A stretch of 64,000 bases of DNA, taken from Gemmatimonadales bacterium. Its GTDB lineage: Bacteria; Gemmatimonadota; Gemmatimonadetes; Gemmatimonadales; GWC2-71-9. Every line of letters begins with the position of its first letter. Position 1 is the stretch's first letter. Below, piece by piece: positions 56,053-64,000 of this stretch. The stretch lies in the NCBI GenBank assembly GCA_035708725.1, contig DASTFH010000003.1:16828-80827 (forward strand), read 5' to 3'. The notes under the pieces are model-generated. The model ran no database searches, was not told where the DNA came from, and saw nothing but the letters and a program-made list of their open reading frames with translations. The position numbers were made by a program, and so were the translations under genes.

Positions 56053-56409
56053 ATGCGGCCGCGAGCGCCCGTCGGAGGGGAAGCGACCGGCTTTTGGCAT
56101 CTGCCACCCCGGGCATTCCTCATCGCGCTCGTGACCCGCGCGGTCACTATCTGGGCTGGCATGCGCGTACTCCTCGCGCTGGGTATTGCCCTGCTCGACG
56201 CGGGCCCGCCTCTCCGACTCCCAGCCAGCACCGCATCCCTGCTGGCCCTGCTCGCCGGCACGCTCGGCTTGGTGGAACTTCGTCGCCGGCGTGAACACCT
56301 GCTGCTCGGCAACCTGGGTGTTGGTCAATCAGTCCTGTTCCTCACCGGGCTTGTGCCGGCCGCCTTCCTGGAGTCACTTCTCTTGCTGGCCAGGCATGTA
56401 TCGCCTTGA
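56053..56409 (+). CDS. Hypothetical membrane protein upstream of the ABC ATPase
   Basis: Internal ATG. 3-4 hydrophobic segments. 14-nt overlap with the following ATPase gene. Confidence 0.4.
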   Translation: MRPRAPVGGEATGFWHLPPRAFLIALVTRAVTIWAGMRVLLALGIALLDAGPPLRLPASTASLLALLAGTLGLVELRRRREHLLLGNLGVGQSVLFLTGLVPAAFLESLLLLARHVSP

Positions 56410-57010
56410 AGTGGACTGCGTCACGAAGCACTTCGGTCGGCGCCGGGTACTGACGAACGCGTCGCTGAGAGTAGTGGCCGGCCAGGTGCTCCATTTCGTG
56501 GGACCGAACGGCGCCGGCAAAACAACCCTGCTGCGAGTTGCGGCAGGCCTCCTGCGCGCCGAGGTGGGGCGGGTGAGCGTCGACGGAACGACGGTACCTC
56601 GGCCGACGCTTGCACGCATGGCTCGGCTGGGCCTGTTCTTCATGCCAGAGGAGTCACTGCTCACGCCCTCGATGCCGTTGGCACGACAGCTCAGGGCCGT
56701 ATCCGAGCGCTTCGGAACAGTGGATCGCGTCGAAGTGGTGGGCGAGCAACTTGCCCTGCACGACCTCGGCGATCGATCGCCAACCCAGATGTCGGTGGGA
56801 GAACAACGCCGCGCCACGCTCGCGCTCGCCGTGCTCCGGAATCCGGCGATCCTGCTGGCGGACGAACCCATCCGCGGCATCGATCCCATCGATTCGGAGC
56901 GCATGCTGCAGGCCATGCAGGAGCTGGCGCGGCGAGGAGCAGCCGTCGTCGTGACGGGGCATGAGATGGGGCTGCTGGGTGAGTACAGTGATGAGATGTA
57001 CAAGCTGTGA
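56396..57010 (+). CDS. ABC transporter ATP-binding protein (short, single domain)
   Basis: Walker A GPNGAGKTT, a degenerate signature (MSVGEQRR) and Walker B LLADEP. Confidence 0.75.
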   Translation: MYRLEVDCVTKHFGRRRVLTNASLRVVAGQVLHFVGPNGAGKTTLLRVAAGLLRAEVGRVSVDGTTVPRPTLARMARLGLFFMPEESLLTPSMPLARQLRAVSERFGTVDRVEVVGEQLALHDLGDRSPTQMSVGEQRRATLALAVLRNPAILLADEPIRGIDPIDSERMLQAMQELARRGAAVVVTGHEMGLLGEYSDEMYKL

Positions 57011-57065
57011 GCCTGGCGCCAAGCGCTCCGCGCTAAGCGTTTAGCTAACCAACAACGAGGCTGCC

Positions 57066-57587
57066 ATGCACGACGAACTCCTCTTTGCCGTCATCAGGCT
57101 GATTCACATCCTGGCCGGAGTCCTCTGGGTAGGGGCCGCGGTCATGCTGGCCTTCTTCGTGGGGCCGGCGGCCGGCGACGCCGGACCGGCGGGTGGCGCG
57201 GTCATGGATCAGCTGATCCGCGTGCGCAAGCTGCCGGCCTACATGGCCAGCGTGGCGGGCTCTACCGTGCTGGCCGGCCTCATCCTGATGTGGATGCATG
57301 CCTCGGCGACCGATGGCGGATGGATGCGAACCGCCTCGGGCAAGCTCTTCATGTGGGGTGCGCTGGTGGCGATCATCGGGTTCGTGTGGGGCATGGTGAT
57401 GGCGACCCGGCTGGCCAAGCGCATGACCGCGCGTGCCTCGGCCATGGCGGCCGCGGGACGGCCACCCACACCGGAAGAGCAGGCGGAGCTCCGCCAGGGC
57501 TTTGCCCGGCTCAGCTTCCACACCCGGGGCGCCGCGATCGTGCTGATCCTCGCGGCGACCATGATGGCGCTGGCGCGGTATGTATGA
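57066..57587 (+). CDS. Hypothetical 4-TM membrane protein
   Basis: 173 aa. GAGG lies 5 nt upstream of the ATG. Confidence 0.5.
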   Translation: MHDELLFAVIRLIHILAGVLWVGAAVMLAFFVGPAAGDAGPAGGAVMDQLIRVRKLPAYMASVAGSTVLAGLILMWMHASATDGGWMRTASGKLFMWGALVAIIGFVWGMVMATRLAKRMTARASAMAAAGRPPTPEEQAELRQGFARLSFHTRGAAIVLILAATMMALARYV

Positions 57588-57590
57588 AGG

Positions 57591-57616
57591 CGTAGGGCCC
57601 CTGCAGCGGCCCTACG
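57591..57616. terminator. Hairpin between convergent genes
   Basis: cgtagggcc-(8 nt)-ggccctacg, a 9-bp stem. Overlaps the stop codon of the minus-strand gene. Confidence 0.5.
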
Positions 57617-57857
57617 CCCCCGCTCCCGCATGATCCACCGCTTCCGTCACGCCCATCTCGCGGGCGCAATGCGCGCAGCAGAAGAATGTTCCCTTGGCCT
57701 CGATCCCATGCCCGGCGATCTTGCAGCCGCAGTGCGTACACACGGGAGCGAGCTTGTGAATGGCGCATTCGAAACTGTCGAAGACGTGCTTCTCTCCGGC
57801 GGCTATGACTTCAAATGACAGATAGTAGTCATTCCCGCAGACTTCACAGCGAGCCAT
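57612..57857 (-). CDS. Small cysteine-rich putative metal-binding protein
   Basis: MARCEVCGNDY...FDSFECAIHKLAPVCTHCGCKIAGHGIE...FFCCAHCA; 10 Cys in 81 aa. Start moved to M13. Confidence 0.6.
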   Translation of the reverse strand: MARCEVCGNDYYLSFEVIAAGEKHVFDSFECAIHKLAPVCTHCGCKIAGHGIEAKGTFFCCAHCAREMGVTEAVDHAGAGA

Positions 57858-57883
57858 CGGGCCCTCCTGGTCAAGGCAGCCGC

Positions 57884-58813
57884 ATGCTGCCACCTCAATA
57901 CTGGCTCGGCTTTCCAGCCCGCGCCACCCCGGTCATCGCGCTGACCACGCTGACACTGCTGGCGTTCGCGGCGAATTCCCTCCTCTGCCGTGCCGCACTG
58001 CGTAGTTCGCTCGTGGACCCCGCCAGTTTCACCGCGATACGCCTCGCCAGCGGCGCCGCGATGCTCGGGCTGCTGCTGGCATTTCGTCGGGCGTCGCCGG
58101 CGGCGGAACCATCCGGCGGTTCGTGGGGCTCGGCCCTCGCGCTCGCCGCCTACGCGATCTTCTTCTCCCTGGCATTCGTGCGCATCGGCGCCGGCGTGGG
58201 TGCCTTGATCCTCTTCGGCGCGGTGCAGGTGTCCATGATCGGCTGGACCGTGGTGGGGTCCGAACTCCCCTCCATCGGGGAAACGCTGGGGCTGGTGCTC
58301 TCGCTCGCGGGATTGGCCTGGCTCACGCTGCCCCATGCGGTGGCACCCGATCCTGTCGGGGCAGCGCTCATGGGCGTGGCCGGCATCGCGTGGGGCAGTT
58401 ACAGCCTGCGGGGCCGGCAAGTGCGAGCACCGATCCGCGCCTCCGCCGCCAACTTCACGATGGCCGTGCCGCTGGCGCTGATTCCCGTCCTGCTCAGTCT
58501 TCACACGCTCCGGCTTACCAGCAACGGCCTGATCCTGGGCGTCATTTCCGGCGCCGTCACCTCAGGCCTGGGCTACGTGCTCTGGTACAGCGTCCTCCCA
58601 GCACTCGGCGGCACCCGCGCCGCCATCGTGCAGCTGCTGGTGCCAGTCATCGCGGTCCTGGGCAGCATTGTCTTTCTCGGTGAAGCACTCACGGCACATC
58701 TGGCGCTGTCAGGCTCGGTGATTCTGGCCGGGGTGGTGGTGGCGATGCTGAGTCGCGGGCGCCAGTCGCGGGTCACAAGCCGACCGTTGACTGATGACCG
58801 TCGGCCCAATTGA
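57884..58813 (+). CDS. EamA/DMT-family transporter
   Basis: 10-TM pattern with two EamA-like halves. Start at M24 of the track ORF, which avoids overlap with the divergent gene. Confidence 0.75.
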   Translation: MLPPQYWLGFPARATPVIALTTLTLLAFAANSLLCRAALRSSLVDPASFTAIRLASGAAMLGLLLAFRRASPAAEPSGGSWGSALALAAYAIFFSLAFVRIGAGVGALILFGAVQVSMIGWTVVGSELPSIGETLGLVLSLAGLAWLTLPHAVAPDPVGAALMGVAGIAWGSYSLRGRQVRAPIRASAANFTMAVPLALIPVLLSLHTLRLTSNGLILGVISGAVTSGLGYVLWYSVLPALGGTRAAIVQLLVPVIAVLGSIVFLGEALTAHLALSGSVILAGVVVAMLSRGRQSRVTSRPLTDDRRPN

Positions 58814-58845
58814 CAGCCCTGCATCCACCCTTCACCCTTATGGCA

Positions 58846-58958
58846 CTGTCCAACTGCCCAACTGTCCAACTGCCCAACTGTCCAATTGTCCAACTGCCCA
58901 ACTGTCCATCTGTCCATCTGTCCATCCGTCCATCTGTCCATCTGTCCATCTGTCCAAC
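58846..58958. repeat. Unidirectional tandem array of ~14 8-mers (CTGTCCAA / CTGCCCAA / CTGTCCAT)
   Basis: Read directly. Ends 5 nt before the AAGGAGG Shine-Dalgarno of the next gene. Confidence 0.9.
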
Positions 58959-58974
58959 TTCCAAGGAGGCCCTT

Positions 58975-59826
58975 ATGGGTCGTCGGTATTCAGTGTTCGT
59001 AGTCGCGGGGCTGCTGGGCATCGCAGCGTGCACGGAGAAGGCGCCAGAGCAGGCTGCCGTGGCGGCCGCACCGGTGGCGCCGCGGGAGATCACGGTGCGT
59101 GCCCATGACTTCGGCTTTGACGCGCCGGACACCATTCCCGCCGGGTTCACCACGATCCGCCTCATCAACGACGGGCCCGGCCTGCATCATGGCCAGCTGC
59201 TGCGGATTGACAGCAGCAAGACCTTCGACGACGCGGTCGCCGCAATCCCGAAGCAGCTCAACTTCCCGTCCTGGCTGGTCGCCGTCGGCGGGCCGAATGC
59301 CGTGGCAGCGGGCGATACCAGCGTCGTAACGCAGGATCTGGCTCCGGGCAACTACATGTGGATCTGCTTCGTCGACATTCCTGGTGGCTCGCCGCACTAC
59401 AAGAAGGGGATGGAGCGGGCACTCACCGTGGTGCCGTCCTCGGCACCTGGGGCCACTCCGCCGGTCGCGGACATTGACGTGACCCTCAGAAGCTACGCCT
59501 TTGAATTCTCCAAGCCCCTTACCGCCGGCCGCCATACCTTCAAGGTGATGACCGCCGACACCAGCAGCCAGTCGCATGAGCTGGTGCTGATCCAGCTCGC
59601 GCCCGGCAAGACCGGGGACGACGTCCTGGCGTGGCTGAAGAAGCCGGAAGGCCCGCCCCCCGGCCGCCCCCTTGGGGGCGTCGCCGACCTGACGCGCAGC
59701 ATGCCAGTCTACTTCTCGGCCAACCTGACGCCGGGCAACTACTTCCTGATCTGCTTCGATCCGGATTTCAATGATGGCAAGCCGCACTTCATGCATGGGA
59801 TGATGGAGACGGTGAGTGTGAGCTGA
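58975..59826 (+). CDS. Lipoprotein with two cupredoxin-like repeats (putative type-1 copper sites)
   Basis: Lipobox LLGIAAC; AAGGAGG upstream. Each repeat has an H...C-x(n)-H-x(4)-M pattern: GLHHG...[16 protein letters not shown] and SQSHE...[17 protein letters not shown]. Confidence 0.5.
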   Translation: MGRRYSVFVVAGLLGIAACTEKAPEQAAVAAAPVAPREITVRAHDFGFDAPDTIPAGFTTIRLINDGPGLHHGQLLRIDSSKTFDDAVAAIPKQLNFPSWLVAVGGPNAVAAGDTSVVTQDLAPGNYMWICFVDIPGGSPHYKKGMERALTVVPSSAPGATPPVADIDVTLRSYAFEFSKPLTAGRHTFKVMTADTSSQSHELVLIQLAPGKTGDDVLAWLKKPEGPPPGRPLGGVADLTRSMPVYFSANLTPGNYFLICFDPDFNDGKPHFMHGMMETVSVS

Positions 59827-59828
59827 GG

Positions 59829-59920
59829 GGCGTCGGTCGTCGGTCTTCGGCCATTGGTCGTGTGCTACCTTATTATTCCTGCTGCTGACGACCGACGACC
59901 GACGATCGACGACCGACGAC
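59829..59920. terminator. Inverted GGTCGTCG / CGACGACC word arrays around an AT-rich centre
   Basis: ggcgtcggtcgtcggtcttcggccattggtcgtg ...ttattattcc... gacgaccgacgaccgacgatcgacgaccgacgac. Confidence 0.55.
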
Positions 59921-59938
59921 TATAACCCCGAGCTTCCA

Positions 59939-60400
59939 TTGTCCAAGACCGCAACCATCCAGACCGCCAAGGGCACCATCACCGCCGAACTCTTCGATGA
60001 CGAGACGCCGGGCACGGTGGCCAATTTCGAGAAGCTGGCCAACGACGGCTTCTACGATGGCACCCGCTTCCACCGCGTGATCGACAATTTCATGATCCAG
60101 GGCGGCGATCCGCTCTCCCGCGACCCGAACAATCCGCGCGTGGGCACCGGTGGACCCGGCTACACCATCAAGTGCGAGACCGATCGCAACAGCCACCGTC
60201 ACGTGGCGGGCACGCTGTCCATGGCGCACGCGGGCCGGAACACCGGCGGCAGCCAGTTCTTCATCTGTCATTCGCCCCAGCCGCACCTCGATCGCCAGCA
60301 TACCGTCTTCGGCCAGGTGACCGACGGCATGGACGTGGTGAACGCCATCCGCAAGAACGACGTGATCACGTCCATCAGGGTGGCGCCCGCTGCAGGTTGA
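59939..60400 (+). CDS. ppiB: Peptidyl-prolyl cis-trans isomerase, cyclophilin type
   Basis: [15 protein letters not shown] and [22 protein letters not shown] start per the track. Confidence 0.9.
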   Translation: MSKTATIQTAKGTITAELFDDETPGTVANFEKLANDGFYDGTRFHRVIDNFMIQGGDPLSRDPNNPRVGTGGPGYTIKCETDRNSHRHVAGTLSMAHAGRNTGGSQFFICHSPQPHLDRQHTVFGQVTDGMDVVNAIRKNDVITSIRVAPAAG

Positions 60401-60461
60401 TTTCGCCGTCATCGCGGACTATGCGCTGATTGACCAGCATGGGAAGCTCAGCGTACTGGGC

Positions 60462-60794
60462 ATGTTCCAGCATGTCTGGGTTCAGCAGTTTCCGACCGTG
60501 CACCCGCGAACGCACCTGGTACTGAGGGTCCGCGGCCGCCGCACCGAGATCGGAACCCATACGTTGCAGATCCGCTTTCTCGATGACGAAGACACGATCC
60601 TCCTGGGGGGCGAGGGCACCGTGCAGTTTGGCGAGCCGGCGGCCGGCGTCGTCGACGTCGAGGCTGGTGCCGTGCTCGTCTTTGACATTCCCCTCGCCCG
60701 CGCCGGCCATTACCGCTTCGAGATCACGCTGGATGGCGACCGCGTGACCCAGGTTCCCCTCACCGCCAGCAGCGCCCAGGACGCGGACAACTAG
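60462..60794 (+). CDS. Hypothetical protein (family unknown; resemblance to DUF6941 recalled from memory only); N-terminus unresolved
   Basis: Coding-like sequence continues upstream in frame ([22 protein letters not shown]) to about 60396 with no ATG, GTG or TTG. The opposite-strand ORF 60375..60710 is treated as a shadow ORF. Confidence 0.45.
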   Translation: MFQHVWVQQFPTVHPRTHLVLRVRGRRTEIGTHTLQIRFLDDEDTILLGGEGTVQFGEPAAGVVDVEAGAVLVFDIPLARAGHYRFEITLDGDRVTQVPLTASSAQDADN

Positions 60795-60952
60795 CGGCCG
60801 CCCGGCGGGCCTCGTACCGTCGAGCCGGCCCTTGCCGCTTCGGGGCGGCGCCCGGCTACCTTTCCTCAGCAGGCCTTCAGTGCTTCTTCATGGTGGAGCG
60901 TGCAGCTTTGGCGCTCCAGTTACTCGCACTGCCTTTCAACGGAGACCCTTCC

Positions 60953-62341
60953 ATGCCTGGGCTTCGTCTGCTTCTGGGCGCTGCCACCGCCGCATTGGTA
61001 GCGACCGCACTGCCCCTCCGGCCCGCCGACGCCCAAGGCTACGGCGTCTACGAACAGAGCTCCTGCGTCATGGGACGCGCCGGTACCGCGGTCGCGAGTG
61101 CATGCGGCGACGGATCCAGTATCTATTTCAACCCCGCCGGCATCGCCACGGCCACGTCCACCGAACTGTCGGCCGGCGCCACCGGCATCGCCGTCAGTGG
61201 CGACTTCACCAACGACATCACCGGCTTCCGGACCAGCCTGAACGACGACCTGCACCTGGTGCCCCACGCCTACCTGGTGCGGCCGGTCAGCGATCGCCTG
61301 GTGGCCGGCCTCGGTGTCTTCGTGCCCTACGGCCTCGCCACCGACTGGCCGTCCGATTTCGAGGGACGCTTCCTCGGCTACCACAGCAAGGTACAGGCGA
61401 TCTATGTGCAGCCCACGCTCGCGTTCCGGGTCTCGCCCCGGGTGCGCATCGGTGCTGGCTTCGATCTCACCTTCGTCAGCGTGCGGCTCGACCAGCGGCT
61501 GGACCTCTCGGAACAGGCGACGCCCACGCCCGGCGTGACATTCGGCATGCTGGGCGTGCCCGCGGGGACCGATTTTGCGGACGTCAACCTGACGGGCAAC
61601 GGCACTGGCGTGGGCGGCCACTTCGGCGTTCAGGCCGACGTCACGCCTGAGCTCACGCTTGGCGCACGTTACCTGCTGCGCCAGACGGTGGACTTCAGCA
61701 ACGGCACCGCCGAGATCAACCCGGTCCCGACCGGACTGATCCTCGCGGCCGGGAATCCATTCGGCGCTCCCGCCGGCACGCCGATGGACGCAGTGCTCGC
61801 GCCGCAGTTCACGGCAGGCGGTCCGCTCGAGTCCCAGGGCGGCGGCACCTCGCTCACGCTTCCCGCACAACTGGTGGTGGGCGTCTCATGGCGCGGGATT
61901 GACCGCCTCAACCTGCTCGCTGATTTCCAGTACACTGACTGGCGCGTGTTCGATACGCTCTCAGTCACACTCGAGCGGCTGGGCACGACGGACATCCCGG
62001 AGGATTACCAGCGCGCCTACACCTGGCGCTTCGGCGCCGAGTACGGGCTCACGCCAACGAGCACGCTCCGCGCCGGCTTCTACACTCATAATGGTGCCGC
62101 ACCCGACGAGACGGTGACCCCGAACCTCCCCGAGGGCCACCGCAACTCCTGGACGCTCGGCTTCGGCACTCGACTGTGGAGCAACCTCGGGCTCGACCTG
62201 GCCTACCAGTTCATTGATCAGGGCGACCGGCGTGGCCGCACCGTGCCGCTGAATCCCGCGCTCTCGCCGTCGGAAAACACCAACGGCCTCTACACGTTCA
62301 AGGCCCATCTCGTCGGCGCGACGCTGCGCTACGCCTTCTGA
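60953..62341 (+). CDS. Outer-membrane transport protein, FadL/OmpP1/Toluene_X family
   Basis: Signal peptide ending ADAQG. N-terminal hatch YGVYEQSSCVMGRAGTAVA...IYFNPAGI. C-terminal aromatic LRYAF. Confidence 0.8.
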   Translation: MPGLRLLLGAATAALVATALPLRPADAQGYGVYEQSSCVMGRAGTAVASACGDGSSIYFNPAGIATATSTELSAGATGIAVSGDFTNDITGFRTSLNDDLHLVPHAYLVRPVSDRLVAGLGVFVPYGLATDWPSDFEGRFLGYHSKVQAIYVQPTLAFRVSPRVRIGAGFDLTFVSVRLDQRLDLSEQATPTPGVTFGMLGVPAGTDFADVNLTGNGTGVGGHFGVQADVTPELTLGARYLLRQTVDFSNGTAEINPVPTGLILAAGNPFGAPAGTPMDAVLAPQFTAGGPLESQGGGTSLTLPAQLVVGVSWRGIDRLNLLADFQYTDWRVFDTLSVTLERLGTTDIPEDYQRAYTWRFGAEYGLTPTSTLRAGFYTHNGAAPDETVTPNLPEGHRNSWTLGFGTRLWSNLGLDLAYQFIDQGDRRGRTVPLNPALSPSENTNGLYTFKAHLVGATLRYAF

Positions 62342-62355
62342 AGGGAGTGACCACC

Positions 62356-63597
62356 ATGACCCCTCGCATTCCGGCGGCCGCGCTCTTCATTGCCGCTGCC
62401 CTCGCTGGCTGTCGCGGCGACCAGGCGCTCGCGCCGCCCCTTTCTGCCACCGACAACGACGGCCTCTTCCGCCGCTACGTCTCGCTCGGCAACAGTATTG
62501 CTGCCGGATTCCAGTCGGCCGGCATCAACGACAGCACCCAGCGCGCCTCCTTTGCCGTGCTCTTCGCGCAACAGGCCGGGACACCGTTCACCTATCCAGC
62601 GTTGGCCGGGCGCGGCTGCCCTGCACCACTGGTCAACAATGTCACCGAGGAGCGACTGGGTGACCAACCGGCGGACCAGCCGTGCGACCTGCGCCAGACC
62701 CCGCCGCCTGTTTATCTCAACAACCTCGCCGTCCCCGGGCTCGACGTGGCCGATGCGTTCAGCAACACCGCCTCGGGACTCGGGACCTATTCCCGGCTCA
62801 CCCAGTTCTTCCTGGGCGGTCGAACCCAGGTGCAGTGGCTGATGGCCGAACGCCCGACTTTCGTTTCCGTCGAGGTCGGTCCCAACGACGTGCTGGGCGC
62901 CGTCATCTCCAGCACCAATCCCGGCGATCCCGCCGAAGTAACCCCACCGGCCGACTTCGAGGCCTCGTACCGCGCGCTGGCCGACAGCATCGAGGCCATC
63001 GGGGCCGAAGCCGTGCTCTTCACCATTCCCGACGTTGCATCCGTGCCCTACGTGTCGACTGGAGGCACCTGGTGGTGCATCAAGAACCAGCCGGCCTGCG
63101 GCTTCACCACTCCTGCAGCGTTCCCGCCGACGTTCACGGTGAGCAACAATTGCGCGCCCGCCGTCGCGATTCCGGACTCGCCCGGTGACCAGACGCTGGT
63201 GCCGTGGATCAAGGGCCTCCCGCTCCTGGCCGCCGCAGCCGGAGGCGCCTCCACGACGCTCGATTGCAGCGTGGACACCGACGTCATCCTGCCGTCCGAG
63301 CTCGCCACCATCACAGCGGCGGTCACGGCGGACAACGCCGTGATTCAGGACGTTGCGGCGGAGCACGGCTGGGCGCTCTTCGACATCAATGTGCCATTCG
63401 CCGCGCTCCGCGCCGACGGCAGCATCCCTGCCTTTCCCGACATCAGCCAGGCCCTGTCCGGGGGCAGCGTGACCTTCGGCCCGATCTTCTCGCTCGATGG
63501 ATTCCATCCCTCGAGCGCGGCGCAGAAGCTGATCGCCAACGAGGTGATCAAGGCGGTGAATGCGAAGTATGGGACGGCGGTGCCGGAGCTGGAGTAG
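62356..63597 (+). CDS. SGNH/GDSL-family hydrolase lipoprotein
   Basis: Lipobox LAGC, block I VSLGNSIAAG, block V DGFHPS. AAGGGAG upstream of the ATG at 62356. Confidence 0.75.
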   Translation: MTPRIPAAALFIAAALAGCRGDQALAPPLSATDNDGLFRRYVSLGNSIAAGFQSAGINDSTQRASFAVLFAQQAGTPFTYPALAGRGCPAPLVNNVTEERLGDQPADQPCDLRQTPPPVYLNNLAVPGLDVADAFSNTASGLGTYSRLTQFFLGGRTQVQWLMAERPTFVSVEVGPNDVLGAVISSTNPGDPAEVTPPADFEASYRALADSIEAIGAEAVLFTIPDVASVPYVSTGGTWWCIKNQPACGFTTPAAFPPTFTVSNNCAPAVAIPDSPGDQTLVPWIKGLPLLAAAAGGASTTLDCSVDTDVILPSELATITAAVTADNAVIQDVAAEHGWALFDINVPFAALRADGSIPAFPDISQALSGGSVTFGPIFSLDGFHPSSAAQKLIANEVIKAVNAKYGTAVPELE

Positions 63598-63647
63598 GGG
63601 CCCGGCGTGCAGGGCCCGGCAAGCGGGGCCCCTGCTACCTTTCCCCC

Positions 63648-64000
63648 ATGACCCGCGACGAAGCCCTTGCCCTCATGCACGAGTACACGGCGTCGGAAGC
63701 GCTGCGCCGTCACATGTACGCTGTCGAGATTGCCATGCGCGCGATTGCGCCGCGCTACGGCGGGGATCCCGAGCGCTGGGGGCTCGCAGGACTGCTGCAC
63801 GACTTCGATTACGAGCGCTACCCCAACGATGCGCGCTCCGCCACGGAAGAACACCCGGCGCAGGGCGTCCGCATCCTCGCCGAGCGCGGGGTGGATGACG
63901 AAATTCTCCGGGCCATCCTGGCGCATGCCAGCTACACCGGTACCCCGCGGGACAGCGACATGGCTCGGGCGCTCTTTGCCGTGGACGAACTGAGTGGATT
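63648..64000 (+). CDS. HD-domain phosphohydrolase (N-terminal part; runs off the window end)
   Basis: My own translation: MTRDEALALMHEYTASEALRRHMYAVEIAMRAIAPRYGGDPERWGLAGLLHDFDYERYP...HPAQGVRIL. Contains the H...HD motif. Not in the supplied track because no stop codon falls inside the window. Confidence 0.75.
   Translation, partial: MTRDEALALMHEYTASEALRRHMYAVEIAMRAIAPRYGGDPERWGLAGLLHDFDYERYPNDARSATEEHPAQGVRILAERGVDDEILRAILAHASYTGTPRDSDMARALFAVDELSG

Noticed and set aside
63598-63645. A GC-rich region (ggggcccggcgtgcagggcccggcaagcggggcccctgc) after the SGNH hydrolase gene, considered as an intrinsic terminator.
   Set aside because: Only imperfect, bulged stems can be drawn and no U-tract follows. 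This is too weak to call.

Overview
This is a high-GC bacterial chromosomal window. The gene content (many Ser/Thr kinases with TPR tails, a TIGR02999-type ECF sigma factor, lipoproteins) suggests a Gemmatimonadota- or Acidobacteria-like soil organism; that placement is a guess from content, not a computed result.

Most of the window is ordinary core metabolism and transport:
- Efflux and transport: EmrAB-type efflux, modABC, mgtE, a YfcC-family transporter, and an ECF transporter module (S, T, A, A').
- Metabolism: pruA, acyl-ACP desaturase, a metH plus fused Hcy-methyltransferase/MetF pair, acyl-CoA dehydrogenase, M42 and M28 peptidases.
- Housekeeping: cutA, trxC, yggT/yggU, PBP4, PolX, nth, a DEAD-box helicase, cyclophilin, FadL, an SGNH hydrolase.

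I found no rRNA, tRNA or CRISPR.

The most interesting locus is a minus-strand operon at about 15.1-21.9 kb, with overlapping stop and start codons between its three large genes. Its parts, in transcription order:
1. A Shine-Dalgarno-preceded 68-aa Cys/Thr-rich peptide.
2. A perfect 13-bp hairpin.
3. A 379-aa protein whose C-terminal motifs I recall as HopA1-like.
4. A 788-aa protein kinase-LanC fusion. It has a CCG zinc-ligand motif and no room for an OspF-type lyase domain.
5. A 987-aa membrane Ser/Thr kinase with a TPR tail.

I read this as a candidate lanthipeptide-type RiPP pathway with an undescribed domain split. This is inference and needs HMM, structure and mass-spectrometry tests.

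Other observations:
- Nearly every intergenic region is filled with arrays of short 6-9 bp 'word' repeats, often as inverted arrays. These sometimes extend into coding sequence, including an imperfect ~60-bp palindrome inside modC.
- Two families of ~100-bp MITE-like elements are present.
- A ~78-nt element occurs twice, with a compensatory base change between the copies.
- A SAM-II-like pseudoknot lies upstream of metH.
- Several small ORFs are missing from the supplied track.

Long ORFs antisense to confident genes are treated as high-GC shadow ORFs.
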